A stretch of DNA of 64,000 nucleotides. Origin: an uncultured Ignavibacteria bacterium (GTDB lineage Bacteria; Zixibacteria; MSB-5A5; DSPP01). The stretch is taken from assembly GCA_964607165.1 (NCBI GenBank), contig CAZSIT010000003.1:78384-142383 (forward strand). Reading direction: 5' to 3'. A model generated the notes under the pieces. It had not been told where the DNA came from and searched no databases. It worked only from the letters and a program-made list of their open reading frames with translations. Positions 11,112 to 19,866 of the stretch are shown piece by piece. Position numbers and translations under genes: made by a program. Positions within the stretch are counted from its first letter, which is position 1; each line of letters begins with the position of its first letter.

Positions 11112-11498
11112 ATGGCACGCATTGCAGGCGTGGATTTGCCGCGCGACAAACGGATAGAAATCGGATTGCGCTATCTTTTCGGCATCGGCCCGACTACGGC
11201 GCGAGAAATTTTGGGTAAAACGGGCGTCAATCCAAACACCCGCGTGCAGGCTTTGTCTGAAGAAGACGTGGCCAAGCTACGTTCGGTCATTGAGGCGGAA
11301 TACAAAGTCGAAGGGGCTCTGCGGGCGGAAATATCTCAAAACATCAAACGCCTGGTCGATATCGGCAGCTATCGCGGACTTAGGCATCGGCGCGGGCTTC
11401 CGGTTCGCGGACAGCGCACCAAAACCAATGCGCGCACCCGTAAAGGGCCGCGCAAGACCGTGGGCGGGATGAAAAAGCCGCCTCCGGGACCCACCTAA
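11112..11498 (+). CDS. rpsM: 30S ribosomal protein S13 (uS13)
   Basis: [26 protein letters not shown].. Confidence 0.98.
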   Translation: MARIAGVDLPRDKRIEIGLRYLFGIGPTTAREILGKTGVNPNTRVQALSEEDVAKLRSVIEAEYKVEGALRAEISQNIKRLVDIGSYRGLRHRRGLPVRGQRTKTNARTRKGPRKTVGGMKKPPPGPT

Positions 11499-11503
11499 AA
11501 CAG

Positions 11504-11531
11504 GGATTAGGGATTAGAGATTAGTGATTAA
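11504..11531. repeat. Four tandem heptamers GGATTAG/GGATTAG/AGATTAG/TGATTAA in the rpsM-rpsK spacer
   Basis: Read directly: cagGGATTAGGGATTAGAGATTAGTGATTAaaaaa. Confidence 0.7.
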
Positions 11532-11569
11532 AAAATCAAAAATGTTCTTATTCAATTAGCGGGAGAAAA

Positions 11570-11962
11570 ATGGCAGAAGAAGTTAAAAAGAAACCGAAAA
11601 AGAAACATCGCCGAATTGAGGGTCTTGGGGTGGTGCACATTAAGGCCACGTTCAACAACACCATTGTTACCATAACCGACTCGACCGGGGCGGTTTTGTC
11701 CTGGTCATCGGCGGGACGCAACGGGTTTAAAGGTTCTAAGAAAAGCACTCCTTTTGCCGCGCAGATAGCGGCGGAGGCCGCCGCAAAAGAAGCTTTGGAG
11801 GTGGGCCTAAAGAGAGTGGAGGTTTGGGTGAAAGGGCCGGGGGCAGGTCGGGAAGCCGCTATCCGCTCTTTGGCCGCGGCCGGTTTGGAAGTTACGGCGA
11901 TAAAAGACGTAACGCCTTTGCCGCATAACGGCTGCCGACCGCCGAAGCGTAGAAGGGTATAG
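11570..11962 (+). CDS. rpsK: 30S ribosomal protein S11 (uS11)
   Basis: ..[30 protein letters not shown].. Confidence 0.98.
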   Translation: MAEEVKKKPKKKHRRIEGLGVVHIKATFNNTIVTITDSTGAVLSWSSAGRNGFKGSKKSTPFAAQIAAEAAAKEALEVGLKRVEVWVKGPGAGREAAIRSLAAAGLEVTAIKDVTPLPHNGCRPPKRRRV

Positions 11963-11972
11963 GGGAGAAAAA

Positions 11973-12611
11973 ATGGCACGTTATATTGGTCCTTCCTGCA
12001 AGCTTTGCCGCCGTGAAGGGGAAAAACTGTTTTTAAAGGGAAGTCGCTGCTATACAGAGAAATGTGCTTTCGAGCGGCGCGGCTATTCGCCGGGCGAGCA
12101 TGGTCAATCCAGAGGTGGGCGGCGCAGAGGTTCTTCGGAATATTCCCAGCAACTGCGTGAAAAGCAGAAGGTGCGCCGTTTGTACGGACTTTTGGAGACT
12201 CAGTTTGCCAATATTTTTTCAGAAGCAGATCGATTGAAAGGTATCACCGGTGAAAATCTTCTGGCGCTTTTGGAACGGCGATTGGACAACGTGGTGTACC
12301 GTTTGGGTTTTGCCCCTTCCCGAAAATCGGCTCGCCAATTGGTTCTTCATCGGCATTTCACCGTAGATGGACAGACGGTGAATATCCCCTCCTACCTGGT
12401 GCGTCCCGGTCAGGTAATAAAAGTTCGCGAAGGGAGCCGGAATCTAGATCTTATCCATCAGGCCTTAAAGGAGCAGGGCCGGGAGTTGGCGCTGCCGTAT
12501 CTTCGATTGGATAAAGCCCGGTTGGAAGGACAAATGTTGGAGATGCCCAAGAGGGCGGAAATTCCTACTCTCTGTTCGGAGCAGTTGATAGTTGAGCTGT
12601 ACTCTAAATAA
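11973..12611 (+). CDS. rpsD: 30S ribosomal protein S4 (uS4)
   Basis: MARYIGPSCKLCRREGEKLFLKGSRC.. with S4 domain ..RLDNVVYRLGFA.. Confidence 0.98.
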   Translation: MARYIGPSCKLCRREGEKLFLKGSRCYTEKCAFERRGYSPGEHGQSRGGRRRGSSEYSQQLREKQKVRRLYGLLETQFANIFSEADRLKGITGENLLALLERRLDNVVYRLGFAPSRKSARQLVLHRHFTVDGQTVNIPSYLVRPGQVIKVREGSRNLDLIHQALKEQGRELALPYLRLDKARLEGQMLEMPKRAEIPTLCSEQLIVELYSK

Positions 12612-12626
12612 AGCGAGGGAAAATAG

Positions 12627-13601
12627 ATGAAGTGGAAAAGTATTCAAATGCCCAAAGAAGTTGAAGCGGAGGAAGCTTCCCGAACCTACGGTCGTTTTGT
12701 TCTGGAACCTTTGGAGCGAGGGTTTGGTATTACGCTTGGAAACGCGCTGCGCCGGGCTTTGCTTTCCTCCATACAGGGGGCGGCGGTTACAGCGGTTCGA
12801 TTCGAAGGGGTTTTACATGAATTTTCGACCATTTCGGGTGTTTATCAAGACGTTACCGAAATTTGGCTGAACTTGAAAAAGCTTCGCCTGAAACTTTCGG
12901 GAGAGGCGCCTAAAACCGTTCACCTTAAGGCGACCCGCAAAGGAAAGCTTTTGGCCTCCCATATCGAAGCGGGGGGAGATATTGAGATCTTGAATCCGGA
13001 TTTGTTCATCTGCGAACTGACGGAAGAGACCAAGTTCTCGGCTGAAATCGAAGTCGGGTTTGGGCGTGGCTACGTTGCGGCCGAGCAAAACAAACGCCCA
13101 GGGGCACCGGTGGGAACCATCTTTTTGGATTCTCTTTTTTCACCCGTTTATAAGGTTAACTATCAGGTCGAAAACACTCGCCTTGGGCAGCGGGTGGATT
13201 ACGAGCGGCTGATTTTGGAAATTTGGACCGATGGGGGCGTGACCGCAGAGGAGGCACTAAGCTATGCCGGAAGAATTTTGGCCGAGCACTTGTCGATTTT
13301 GATTAAAACCGACGGCCCCATTCAGACCGACGAAGTGCAAAAAGTTGACGAAGAGTCCTCGCGGATGTTCAATCTTTTAAAAACTCGGGTGGATGAACTG
13401 GAGCTTTCCGTGCGATCGGCCAACTGCCTGCGTGCCGCCGGAATTAACACATTGGGTGATCTGGTGCGGAAATCCGAGGCGGAAATGCTGGAGTTTCGCA
13501 ATTTCGGGCGCAAGTCCTTAACCGAGCTGCATCAGGTTTTGGGCGATTTGGGCCTTTCTTTTGGCATGGATGTTTCCCGTTATTTGGCGGAGAGTAAATG
13601 A
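12627..13601 (+). CDS. rpoA: DNA-directed RNA polymerase subunit alpha
   Basis: ..FVLEPLERGFGITLGNALRRALLSS.. and C-terminal domain ..ELELSVRSANCLRAAGINTLGDLV.. Confidence 0.98.
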   Translation: MKWKSIQMPKEVEAEEASRTYGRFVLEPLERGFGITLGNALRRALLSSIQGAAVTAVRFEGVLHEFSTISGVYQDVTEIWLNLKKLRLKLSGEAPKTVHLKATRKGKLLASHIEAGGDIEILNPDLFICELTEETKFSAEIEVGFGRGYVAAEQNKRPGAPVGTIFLDSLFSPVYKVNYQVENTRLGQRVDYERLILEIWTDGGVTAEEALSYAGRILAEHLSILIKTDGPIQTDEVQKVDEESSRMFNLLKTRVDELELSVRSANCLRAAGINTLGDLVRKSEAEMLEFRNFGRKSLTELHQVLGDLGLSFGMDVSRYLAESK

Positions 13602-14104
13602 GGCACGGGCGAAGAGTTCCCAAATTAGGACGGACGGCTGCACATCGAAACGCCATGCTTTCTAACCTGGCGGCCAGCTTGATTATGCACCATCGGATTG
13701 TGACTACCCGTCAAAAGGCGCGCGCAGTGGCTCCTATTGTTGACCGATTAATCCAAACCGCAAAAAACGGTGACACCCTTTCGGCCCGGCGTTTGGTGGC
13801 CAGCCGGCTTTATTCTCCGGAAGCGGTCCAAAAACTTTTTGAAGAGACGGCCAAAAAACTTTCCGATCGGGAGGGTGGCTACACGCGCATTTATCATTTG
13901 GGCCGCCGGATGGGTGACGGCGCCGAGACGGCGGTAGTCAGCATAGGACTGGAACCGGTGCGGTTGGGGAAAAAAGAAAAAAAAGAAGAGAAGAAAAAGG
14001 GGGAACGGCCAGCCGGGTATGACCGGGTTGCCGACAAGGAAATTTTCAAAGAAAAGGCGGCCGCCAAAGAAAAACCGCAAGAGGCAGAAGCCTCGGCTCC
14101 TTAG
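13598..14104 (+). CDS. rplQ: 50S ribosomal protein L17 (bL17) with Lys/Glu-rich tail
   Basis: MRHGRRVPKLGRTAAHRNAML.. core plus ~50-aa KE-rich C-terminal extension. Confidence 0.96.
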   Translation: MRHGRRVPKLGRTAAHRNAMLSNLAASLIMHHRIVTTRQKARAVAPIVDRLIQTAKNGDTLSARRLVASRLYSPEAVQKLFEETAKKLSDREGGYTRIYHLGRRMGDGAETAVVSIGLEPVRLGKKEKKEEKKKGERPAGYDRVADKEIFKEKAAAKEKPQEAEASAP

Positions 14105-14122
14105 CAACTAACCTCTAAATAA

Positions 14123-14548
14123 ATGAATCAGCTTCTACCAAGTGAAGCGCCGCTCCCTAAGAAAGGACTAAAAAAGGGCTGCTTGGTGGCTTTGATTATT
14201 ACCGGGGCATTCCTTTTGTTGGCTGTTTTGCTTATGGTTCTCTGCTATACCAATCGAGAAAAATTAATGAACTGGGGGGTGGGGCAGGGAACAGCGCAAA
14301 TGGAGCGAATTTTGGCAAGGCGAGCCAGCCCGGGATACGATACCACCAGAATTCATTCTACTTTTGCCGAATATCGTCTGGCCACGCATGAAGGGCGGGT
14401 AAATTTAGACAGTCTCCGCAACATAGTTATTTATATGAAAATCATTGGGGATACCGTTCAACCGTTAGATACGTTTCAAATTAATCAAATACTCTCCAAC
14501 TTTAAAGGATCAATTCTTTCCGAACCGGACCCGCGCTGGAAAAAGTAA
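14123..14548 (+). CDS. Hypothetical single-pass membrane protein
   Basis: 141-aa ORF with one N-terminal hydrophobic helix (CLVALIITGAFLLLAVLLMVLC). Stop overlaps the deoB start. No recognisable family. Confidence 0.6.
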   Translation: MNQLLPSEAPLPKKGLKKGCLVALIITGAFLLLAVLLMVLCYTNREKLMNWGVGQGTAQMERILARRASPGYDTTRIHSTFAEYRLATHEGRVNLDSLRNIVIYMKIIGDTVQPLDTFQINQILSNFKGSILSEPDPRWKK

Positions 14549-15720
14549 TGCGGGTTATCGTCATAGTTTTAGACTCCTGCGGGGTTGGCGAGCTTCCCGA
14601 TGCCGGAGCTTACGGGGACAAAGGCTCCAACACGCTGGGAAATTTAGCTCAAGCAGTTGGCGGTTTTTCCGTTCCAAATTTAGAAAGACTGGGCATTGGG
14701 AAAATCATCCCGATTGCAGGGGTTCGCTCCAACGTCCCCGCCTTGGGAGCATACGGTAAAATGACCTGTTTTTCGGCTGGAAAGGATTCCACGAATGGGC
14801 ATTGGGAGTTGATGGGAGTGGCGGTTACCAAACCGCTTCCGCTTTTCGCAAAAGGTTTTCCATCAGAAGTTATGAAGGAATTTGAAAGAATTTCCGGGCG
14901 CGGTTATCTCGGCAATAAGCCCGCTTCCGGCACGGAAATCATTGTTGAATTGGGAGAAATGCACGTCGCCACCGGTAAGCCGATTGTGTACACCTCCGCC
15001 GATTCGGTTTTTCAGATTGCCGCTCACGAAGAGGTTATCCCGCTCAACGAACTATATCGTATTTGCTCTGAAATGCGCAAAGTTTTAGTTGGCGATTGGG
15101 GAGTGGGGCGGGTGATTGCCCGGCCGTTTGTGGGAACTTCGAGAGAAGATTTTAAGCGCACAACCAACCGCAAGGATTTTTCGCTGTCTTGCCCGGAAGA
15201 AAATGTTTTGGACCGATTGTATTCGATAGGAATACCGACCATCGGCATCGGCAAAATCGGAGATTTATTCGCCGAGCAGGGATTATCAAAGATTGTTCAC
15301 ACCAACAGCAACCGCGATGGGATGGAAAAGCTCTACGACGAATTAAGTTATACAAGAGAGGGTTTAATTTTCATAAATTTAGTTGATTTTGATATGCTGT
15401 GGGGGCATCGGAATGACTTGGAAGGGTTCGCCAAAGGAGTTGAAGAGTTCGATCGGCTGCTTTCCGGAATAGATCAGCGGTTTCGTAGAGAAGATGTCGT
15501 TTTCATAACCGCGGATCATGGTTGCGACCCGACCACTCCTTCCACCGACCATTCGCGGGAGTATGTTCCTATTTTAGTTTATGGCGCTCAAATCAAGTCA
15601 GATGTAAATTTAGGAACACGAAGAACGATGGCCGATTTGGGTGCAACCGTGGCGGAGTTATTGGGTATCGAATGGAAAGGAGCGAGTGAAAGCTTTGTCA
15701 AAGAAATCCTGGCCGATTAA
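14548..15720 (+). CDS. deoB: Phosphopentomutase
   Basis: MRVIVIVLDSCGVGELPDA..YGDKGSNTLGN.. and ..ITADHGCDPT.. metal-site blocks. Confidence 0.95.
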   Translation: MRVIVIVLDSCGVGELPDAGAYGDKGSNTLGNLAQAVGGFSVPNLERLGIGKIIPIAGVRSNVPALGAYGKMTCFSAGKDSTNGHWELMGVAVTKPLPLFAKGFPSEVMKEFERISGRGYLGNKPASGTEIIVELGEMHVATGKPIVYTSADSVFQIAAHEEVIPLNELYRICSEMRKVLVGDWGVGRVIARPFVGTSREDFKRTTNRKDFSLSCPEENVLDRLYSIGIPTIGIGKIGDLFAEQGLSKIVHTNSNRDGMEKLYDELSYTREGLIFINLVDFDMLWGHRNDLEGFAKGVEEFDRLLSGIDQRFRREDVVFITADHGCDPTTPSTDHSREYVPILVYGAQIKSDVNLGTRRTMADLGATVAELLGIEWKGASESFVKEILAD

Positions 15721-16096
15721 GAAACTGATTGCCGCCGCTCGGCGGGCACAGAAAAATTCTTATTCGCCCTATTCAAAATTTGCCGTTGGCGCTGCTTTCT
15801 TCGGGGAGGACGGCAAGATTTATTCCGGCACGAACGTTGAGAACGGGTCTTATGGCTTGACCATTTGCGCGGAGAGAACCGCGGTTTTCGCCGGAGTTTC
15901 GGCCGGATGCAGGAAATTTCAAGTAGGGGTTATCGTTTCAAATTCCGAGCGGTTTCCAACTCCTTGTGGGGCTTGTTTGCAGGTTTTGACCGAATTTTCT
16001 CCAAAGCTCCCTTTGATATTGGTGAATCGGGACGGAATCGCCAAAGAAACTTCGGTCGAAAAACTTTTGACAGCCCCTTTTCGGCGGGGGAGTTAA
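15686..16096 (+). CDS. cdd: Cytidine deaminase
   Basis: Zinc motifs CAERTAVF and PCGACLQVL. I chose GTG 15686, preceded by AAGGAG, over the track start 15641, which overlaps deoB by 80 nt. Confidence 0.9.
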   Translation: MKALSKKSWPIKKLIAAARRAQKNSYSPYSKFAVGAAFFGEDGKIYSGTNVENGSYGLTICAERTAVFAGVSAGCRKFQVGVIVSNSERFPTPCGACLQVLTEFSPKLPLILVNRDGIAKETSVEKLLTAPFRRGS

Positions 16097-16097
16097 T

Positions 16098-16922
16098 TTG
16101 GCCGACCTGGAGGTCCTGGAGCCGGGAAGGCTGGCCCGTTTGATGGAACAGGCGGATGAAACCTGGCTTTTAACTCTTCGGCAACTGGGCAGGGAGGAAA
16201 TCTGGGAAAAAAAGAGGAAGACACGGATGGAGTCAAAAAATACCGAAACATTCATCCGCAGCGTCTTGGAACTCAACCGCTCCTCGGTAGCCGCACGCCT
16301 CGAGTCCACCAATCTCGATTTTAAAGCAACTTCCAAGGAAGTTGAAAAACTTTGCGCCGATGCCCTGGAAAATAATATAGGAGCGGTTTGCGTTTCACCC
16401 TTCTGGACTTCCCTGACGGCTTTCTTGGTAGGCCGAAAACTTCGAGTTGTTTCAACCTTGGATTTTCCTTTAGGCCAGAACAAAACGGCGGTGAAAGTAA
16501 AACAGGCGTTGGAGGCCTGCCAGGATGGCGCCTCCGAATTGGATATGGTGGTAAATCATTCTTTTCTTGTCGAAAATAAACTGGCCGATTTTTTTAACGA
16601 TATTGCCGAGGTCAAAGCGGCATTGTGGGAAGGAGTGGGGTTGAAAGTCATTGTTGAATTTTCTTTGCTTGCTCCGGACCAAAAAGTTTTGGGTGCTCTG
16701 GGAGTTTTCTATGCCGGAGCCGATTTGATTAAGACCTCTACAGGTGTTTTGGGCAAAACCGCACGGGAAGATGTGGAGCTTTTGTTTCGAATCTTTGGCC
16801 CATCTTTCCCCATCAAAGCGGCCGGCGGCATTCGCACTCGCAAGGATGTGGAATCGCTTTACGAAGCCGGGGCCGAGCGATTGGGCACTTCCACGGCAGC
16901 TTCCTTGTTGAAAGAATTCTGA
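16098..16922 (+). CDS. deoC: Deoxyribose-phosphate aldolase (start uncertain: TTG 16098 or ATG 16227)
   Basis: Schiff-base lysine block ..ADLIKTSTGV.. and ..IKAAGGIRT... The N-terminal ~45 aa are atypical for DeoC. Confidence 0.88.
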   Translation: MADLEVLEPGRLARLMEQADETWLLTLRQLGREEIWEKKRKTRMESKNTETFIRSVLELNRSSVAARLESTNLDFKATSKEVEKLCADALENNIGAVCVSPFWTSLTAFLVGRKLRVVSTLDFPLGQNKTAVKVKQALEACQDGASELDMVVNHSFLVENKLADFFNDIAEVKAALWEGVGLKVIVEFSLLAPDQKVLGALGVFYAGADLIKTSTGVLGKTAREDVELLFRIFGPSFPIKAAGGIRTRKDVESLYEAGAERLGTSTAASLLKEF

Positions 16923-18217
16923 TGTTTCTAACCGCCGAACTGATTGCTAAAAAACGGGACGGCAAGAAACTGTCAGAAGAGGAAATTTCTTTTTTAGTCT
17001 CGGAGTTTACCTCTGCCGCTATACCCGATTATCAGATGGCCGCCTTTTTGATGGCCGCTTTTATTCAGGGTTTAGACCGCAGGGAAACTTACTATCTGAC
17101 CAAGGCGATGCTTGAGTCGGGCCGAAGTTTTGATTTGTCTTCGATAAAGTTGCCCAGAGTGGACAAACATTCCACCGGAGGGGTTGGCGATAAGGTTTCG
17201 CTGATTCTGGCTCCCTGGGTGGCGGCTTGCAACGTGGCGGTGCCTATGATTTCCGGGCGAGGGCTTGGCCATACCGGCGGCACGCTGGACAAACTTGCCT
17301 CCATTCCGGGTTTCCGCACCGATTACTCCATTGAAGAGTTCACCGAAATTCTACGGCGTAATAATTTCTTCATGGCTGGGCAGACGGTGGAGATTGCTCC
17401 GGCCGATAAAAAAATCTACGCTTTGCGGGACGTGACCGGCACAGTGCCTTGCATTCCCCTTATCACCGCTTCGATTTTGAGCAAAAAGTTAGCCGGTGGG
17501 GCGCAGGCGATTTTGTTTGACGTCAAAGTCGGCCGCGGCGCCTTTATGCGCACTACAAGAGAAGCCAGAGAGCTGGCACGCTGGCTCTCTTCGGTTTCCC
17601 GGCAGTTCGGCGTCAAAGCAGAAGCGGTTTTGACCCGAATGGATCAGCCCTTGGGCCGTTTCGTCGGCAATCTTTTGGAAGTGCGTGAGGCGCTCGATTT
17701 TCTTTCCAGTAAATTCGAGTCGGACTTGTATCAAGTTACCGAACATCTGGCGGTACGAATGCTTGCATTAGCGGGTATTGCGATAAAAGATGCGCGCAGG
17801 CTTTTATCTGCCCGCTTGGCAAATGGTTCAGCTCGGCAGCGTTTCCGGGAGTTGGTGCGGCAGCAAGGGGGATTTGTGGGAGCCATCGACAATCCCGATT
17901 TATTGCCAAAAGCGACCTATCAGATTCCCGTTCGCGCTCTTCGCAACGGCTGGGTTTGGTCGTTGGATGCCCGCGAAGTCGGCCTGCTCGCCATCCAGTT
18001 GGGCGCCGGTCGAAAAACCGTTCAGGATAGAATCGATTACACGGTCGGGTTTGAGTTTTTAAAGAAAATAGGTTCGAGAGTTGAGAAGGATGAAATTCTG
18101 GCCTACGTTTATTCCAACAGCAACTTGGTTGGAAAAGAAGTGGCTATGGAGTTGGAGCAACTGTATGAAATTAGAAAAGGAAAGAAAAAACTACTAAGCC
18201 TAATTTTAGGCAAATAA
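16922..18217 (+). CDS. pdp: Pyrimidine-nucleoside (thymidine) phosphorylase
   Basis: ..DKHSTGGVGDKVS.. and ..SGRGLGHTGGTLDKL.. signatures; 431 aa. Confidence 0.95.
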   Translation: MFLTAELIAKKRDGKKLSEEEISFLVSEFTSAAIPDYQMAAFLMAAFIQGLDRRETYYLTKAMLESGRSFDLSSIKLPRVDKHSTGGVGDKVSLILAPWVAACNVAVPMISGRGLGHTGGTLDKLASIPGFRTDYSIEEFTEILRRNNFFMAGQTVEIAPADKKIYALRDVTGTVPCIPLITASILSKKLAGGAQAILFDVKVGRGAFMRTTREARELARWLSSVSRQFGVKAEAVLTRMDQPLGRFVGNLLEVREALDFLSSKFESDLYQVTEHLAVRMLALAGIAIKDARRLLSARLANGSARQRFRELVRQQGGFVGAIDNPDLLPKATYQIPVRALRNGWVWSLDAREVGLLAIQLGAGRKTVQDRIDYTVGFEFLKKIGSRVEKDEILAYVYSNSNLVGKEVAMELEQLYEIRKGKKKLLSLILGK

Positions 18218-18267
18218 AGGCCGAACGGCCACCCAACCTTCGCTTTCGTGAGATTCGAAAAGCGGGG

Positions 18268-18294
18268 GCCCGGGAGACCCGGCTTTTCATTTTA
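18268..18294 (+). terminator. Possible intrinsic terminator after pdp
   Basis: Short GC stem CCGGG-aga-CCCGG followed by CTTTTCATTTT, between convergent genes. Confidence 0.4.
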
Positions 18295-18300
18295 CAAAAA

Positions 18301-19290
18301 TCACTTCAGCAAGTTTACGTTCGCCGACAGTCCAACCTGTAAATTCAACTTTGCCACTTGCTGAATCCCATTCACCTTCTGGTAAACCGGCAGCTGGGCG
18401 TAGCTATAAGCAGAAAAAGCTTCACCGAACTGGAAACTGGCGCCGGGGCTTAAGAAAATCCACGTTCCACCGGTGTTGGAGCGGAACTCGCCGGTCGTTC
18501 CCACATCGGCAAAGTCCTGCCAGCGGCCGTTGGCCTGAAACAAAAGCGAGAATTTGGGGAAAATCTGGTATTCCGTACCCAGGTGGGCCATTATCTGTTT
18601 TCCGAATCGGTAATCGTTTTTTCCTTTTCCATTGACCCGGTAATTCAAGCTGGCGTTTATCGGGAGAGTGCTGTAAAGCCCTCCAGCCAGCGTGCGCACA
18701 CTTGCAAGCGGCAGATGCAAGTTCATTCCAAAAAAGCCGTCCCACGAGCCAGTGCCCGGCTGGATGGTCACTTCTGCTTCTTCGGTCCCTTCGTCGTTTT
18801 TTACGTCGGTAACTCCCGTTGGGGTTTTAATTCCCGCCAATAGGCTCAACTCGCCGGTCGAATTGGCAGCGGAAAAGGCCATCGAATACTGACCGCTTAC
18901 CGTCACATCCCCCAGCCCATCGAAATGAAAGGTTTCCAGTGAGCTATCCTCAATGTGGCTGTGGTCGCGGATGATGAAAGGGACTTCCACGCTCACTCCC
19001 AACGAACGGGTAAGGCCGTATTGGGCCGCCAAAAGGGCGCGCTGGTTTTTGGTCTGCACCTCGTCGTGGGGATTTGGAAGCGCGCCGACAAACGATTTTT
19101 TGGAGCCGACGTTAATCTGGTTCTCGTTGATGTACTCGTGCGAAAGCTGGAGCTGCAACAGCCCCTTGCTGAAGCCGCGGTGGGTGTTCAAAGGACAAAC
19201 CGCCGCGCCGCAGCTGGCACCGGCGGTTTTGATTGAAACTCCGACGCAAAAAGTCAAAAACAATAATAAAAGAAAATTTTTTCTTTTCAT
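18301..19290 (-). CDS. Putative outer-membrane beta-barrel protein
   Basis: Signal peptide MKRKNFLLLLFLTFCVGVSIKTAGA, alternating beta-strand-like pattern, aromatic-rich strands. Family is uncertain; it resembles the transporter / MetA-pathway-like OM family only by general features. Confidence 0.7.
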   Translation of the reverse strand: MKRKNFLLLLFLTFCVGVSIKTAGASCGAAVCPLNTHRGFSKGLLQLQLSHEYINENQINVGSKKSFVGALPNPHDEVQTKNQRALLAAQYGLTRSLGVSVEVPFIIRDHSHIEDSSLETFHFDGLGDVTVSGQYSMAFSAANSTGELSLLAGIKTPTGVTDVKNDEGTEEAEVTIQPGTGSWDGFFGMNLHLPLASVRTLAGGLYSTLPINASLNYRVNGKGKNDYRFGKQIMAHLGTEYQIFPKFSLLFQANGRWQDFADVGTTGEFRSNTGGTWIFLSPGASFQFGEAFSAYSYAQLPVYQKVNGIQQVAKLNLQVGLSANVNLLK

Positions 19291-19369
19291 CTTCTCCTCG
19301 CTTTAGAGGTTAGAAAATCCAAAGCCGACAGCCGGTTTGACCGTCAACCGAAATAGTTGGAATTAAAAA

Positions 19370-19798
19370 TTAAGCGGGAGGAGGATGAAAGACGGGATTT
19401 TGGAAGTCCGTTTTTAAAGCCGCAGATTCAACCGGCTCGAAATAGGATGCTTGGACGAAACGGAGAATTTCGCTGTTTCCCGTTACATTACCAAAATTTT
19501 TATCAGCCGTTGGTACGGGAACACTTTTTGCCGGGTTGCAGTCAGCGGCATAAAGGCAACAGGTTTCATTGCTTGAAGAAGGCTGTGTTGGGCTATTTGA
19601 TGGCGAGTAACACATTTCACATTTGGCCTCTTGGCCGTCCGGGCCGCTGTGGTCGCAGCAGCATTTTTTGTTCTGGCAAACCCCGCCGTTTTTTTGGGTT
19701 TGTGACTTGACGCCGGCTACGACAAAAATTAGGTCGCACTGGCTAAAAATAAAACTGGCAAGCAACAGGGTTGGAACCATCTTAGCAAACGGCTTCAT
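19370..19798 (-). CDS. Hypothetical secreted Cys-rich protein
   Basis: N-terminal hydrophobic signal (MVPTLLLASFIFSQC). Cys cluster ..GGVCQNKKCCCDHSGPDGQEAKCEMC..ETCCLYAADC... Sits directly upstream of the OM barrel on the same strand. Confidence 0.55.
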   Translation of the reverse strand: MKPFAKMVPTLLLASFIFSQCDLIFVVAGVKSQTQKNGGVCQNKKCCCDHSGPDGQEAKCEMCYSPSNSPTQPSSSNETCCLYAADCNPAKSVPVPTADKNFGNVTGNSEILRFVQASYFEPVESAALKTDFQNPVFHPPPA

Positions 19799-19866
19799 AT
19801 ATTCCTTAGTATAAATATGCAGGTTTGTGGAAGATTGTCAAACTATTTTAGTTAAAAGTTGAGATG

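Noticed and set aside
11504-11531. TTAGGG-containing heptamer repeat resembling telomeric sequence.
   Set aside because: There are only four imperfect copies inside a bacterial ribosomal operon spacer. No telomere-related context exists, so I kept it only as a minor microsatellite observation.
15641-15685. Longer start (GTG 15641) for cytidine deaminase, and longer starts for rplF (5956), rpmD (7404), the M6 protease (26408), the S8 protease (37151), the OM proteins (56346, 62044) and the ABC ATPase (33066).
   Set aside because: Each longer form overlaps the upstream gene or precedes the signal peptide. A downstream start with an SD and/or a start-stop overlap gives a canonical N-terminus.
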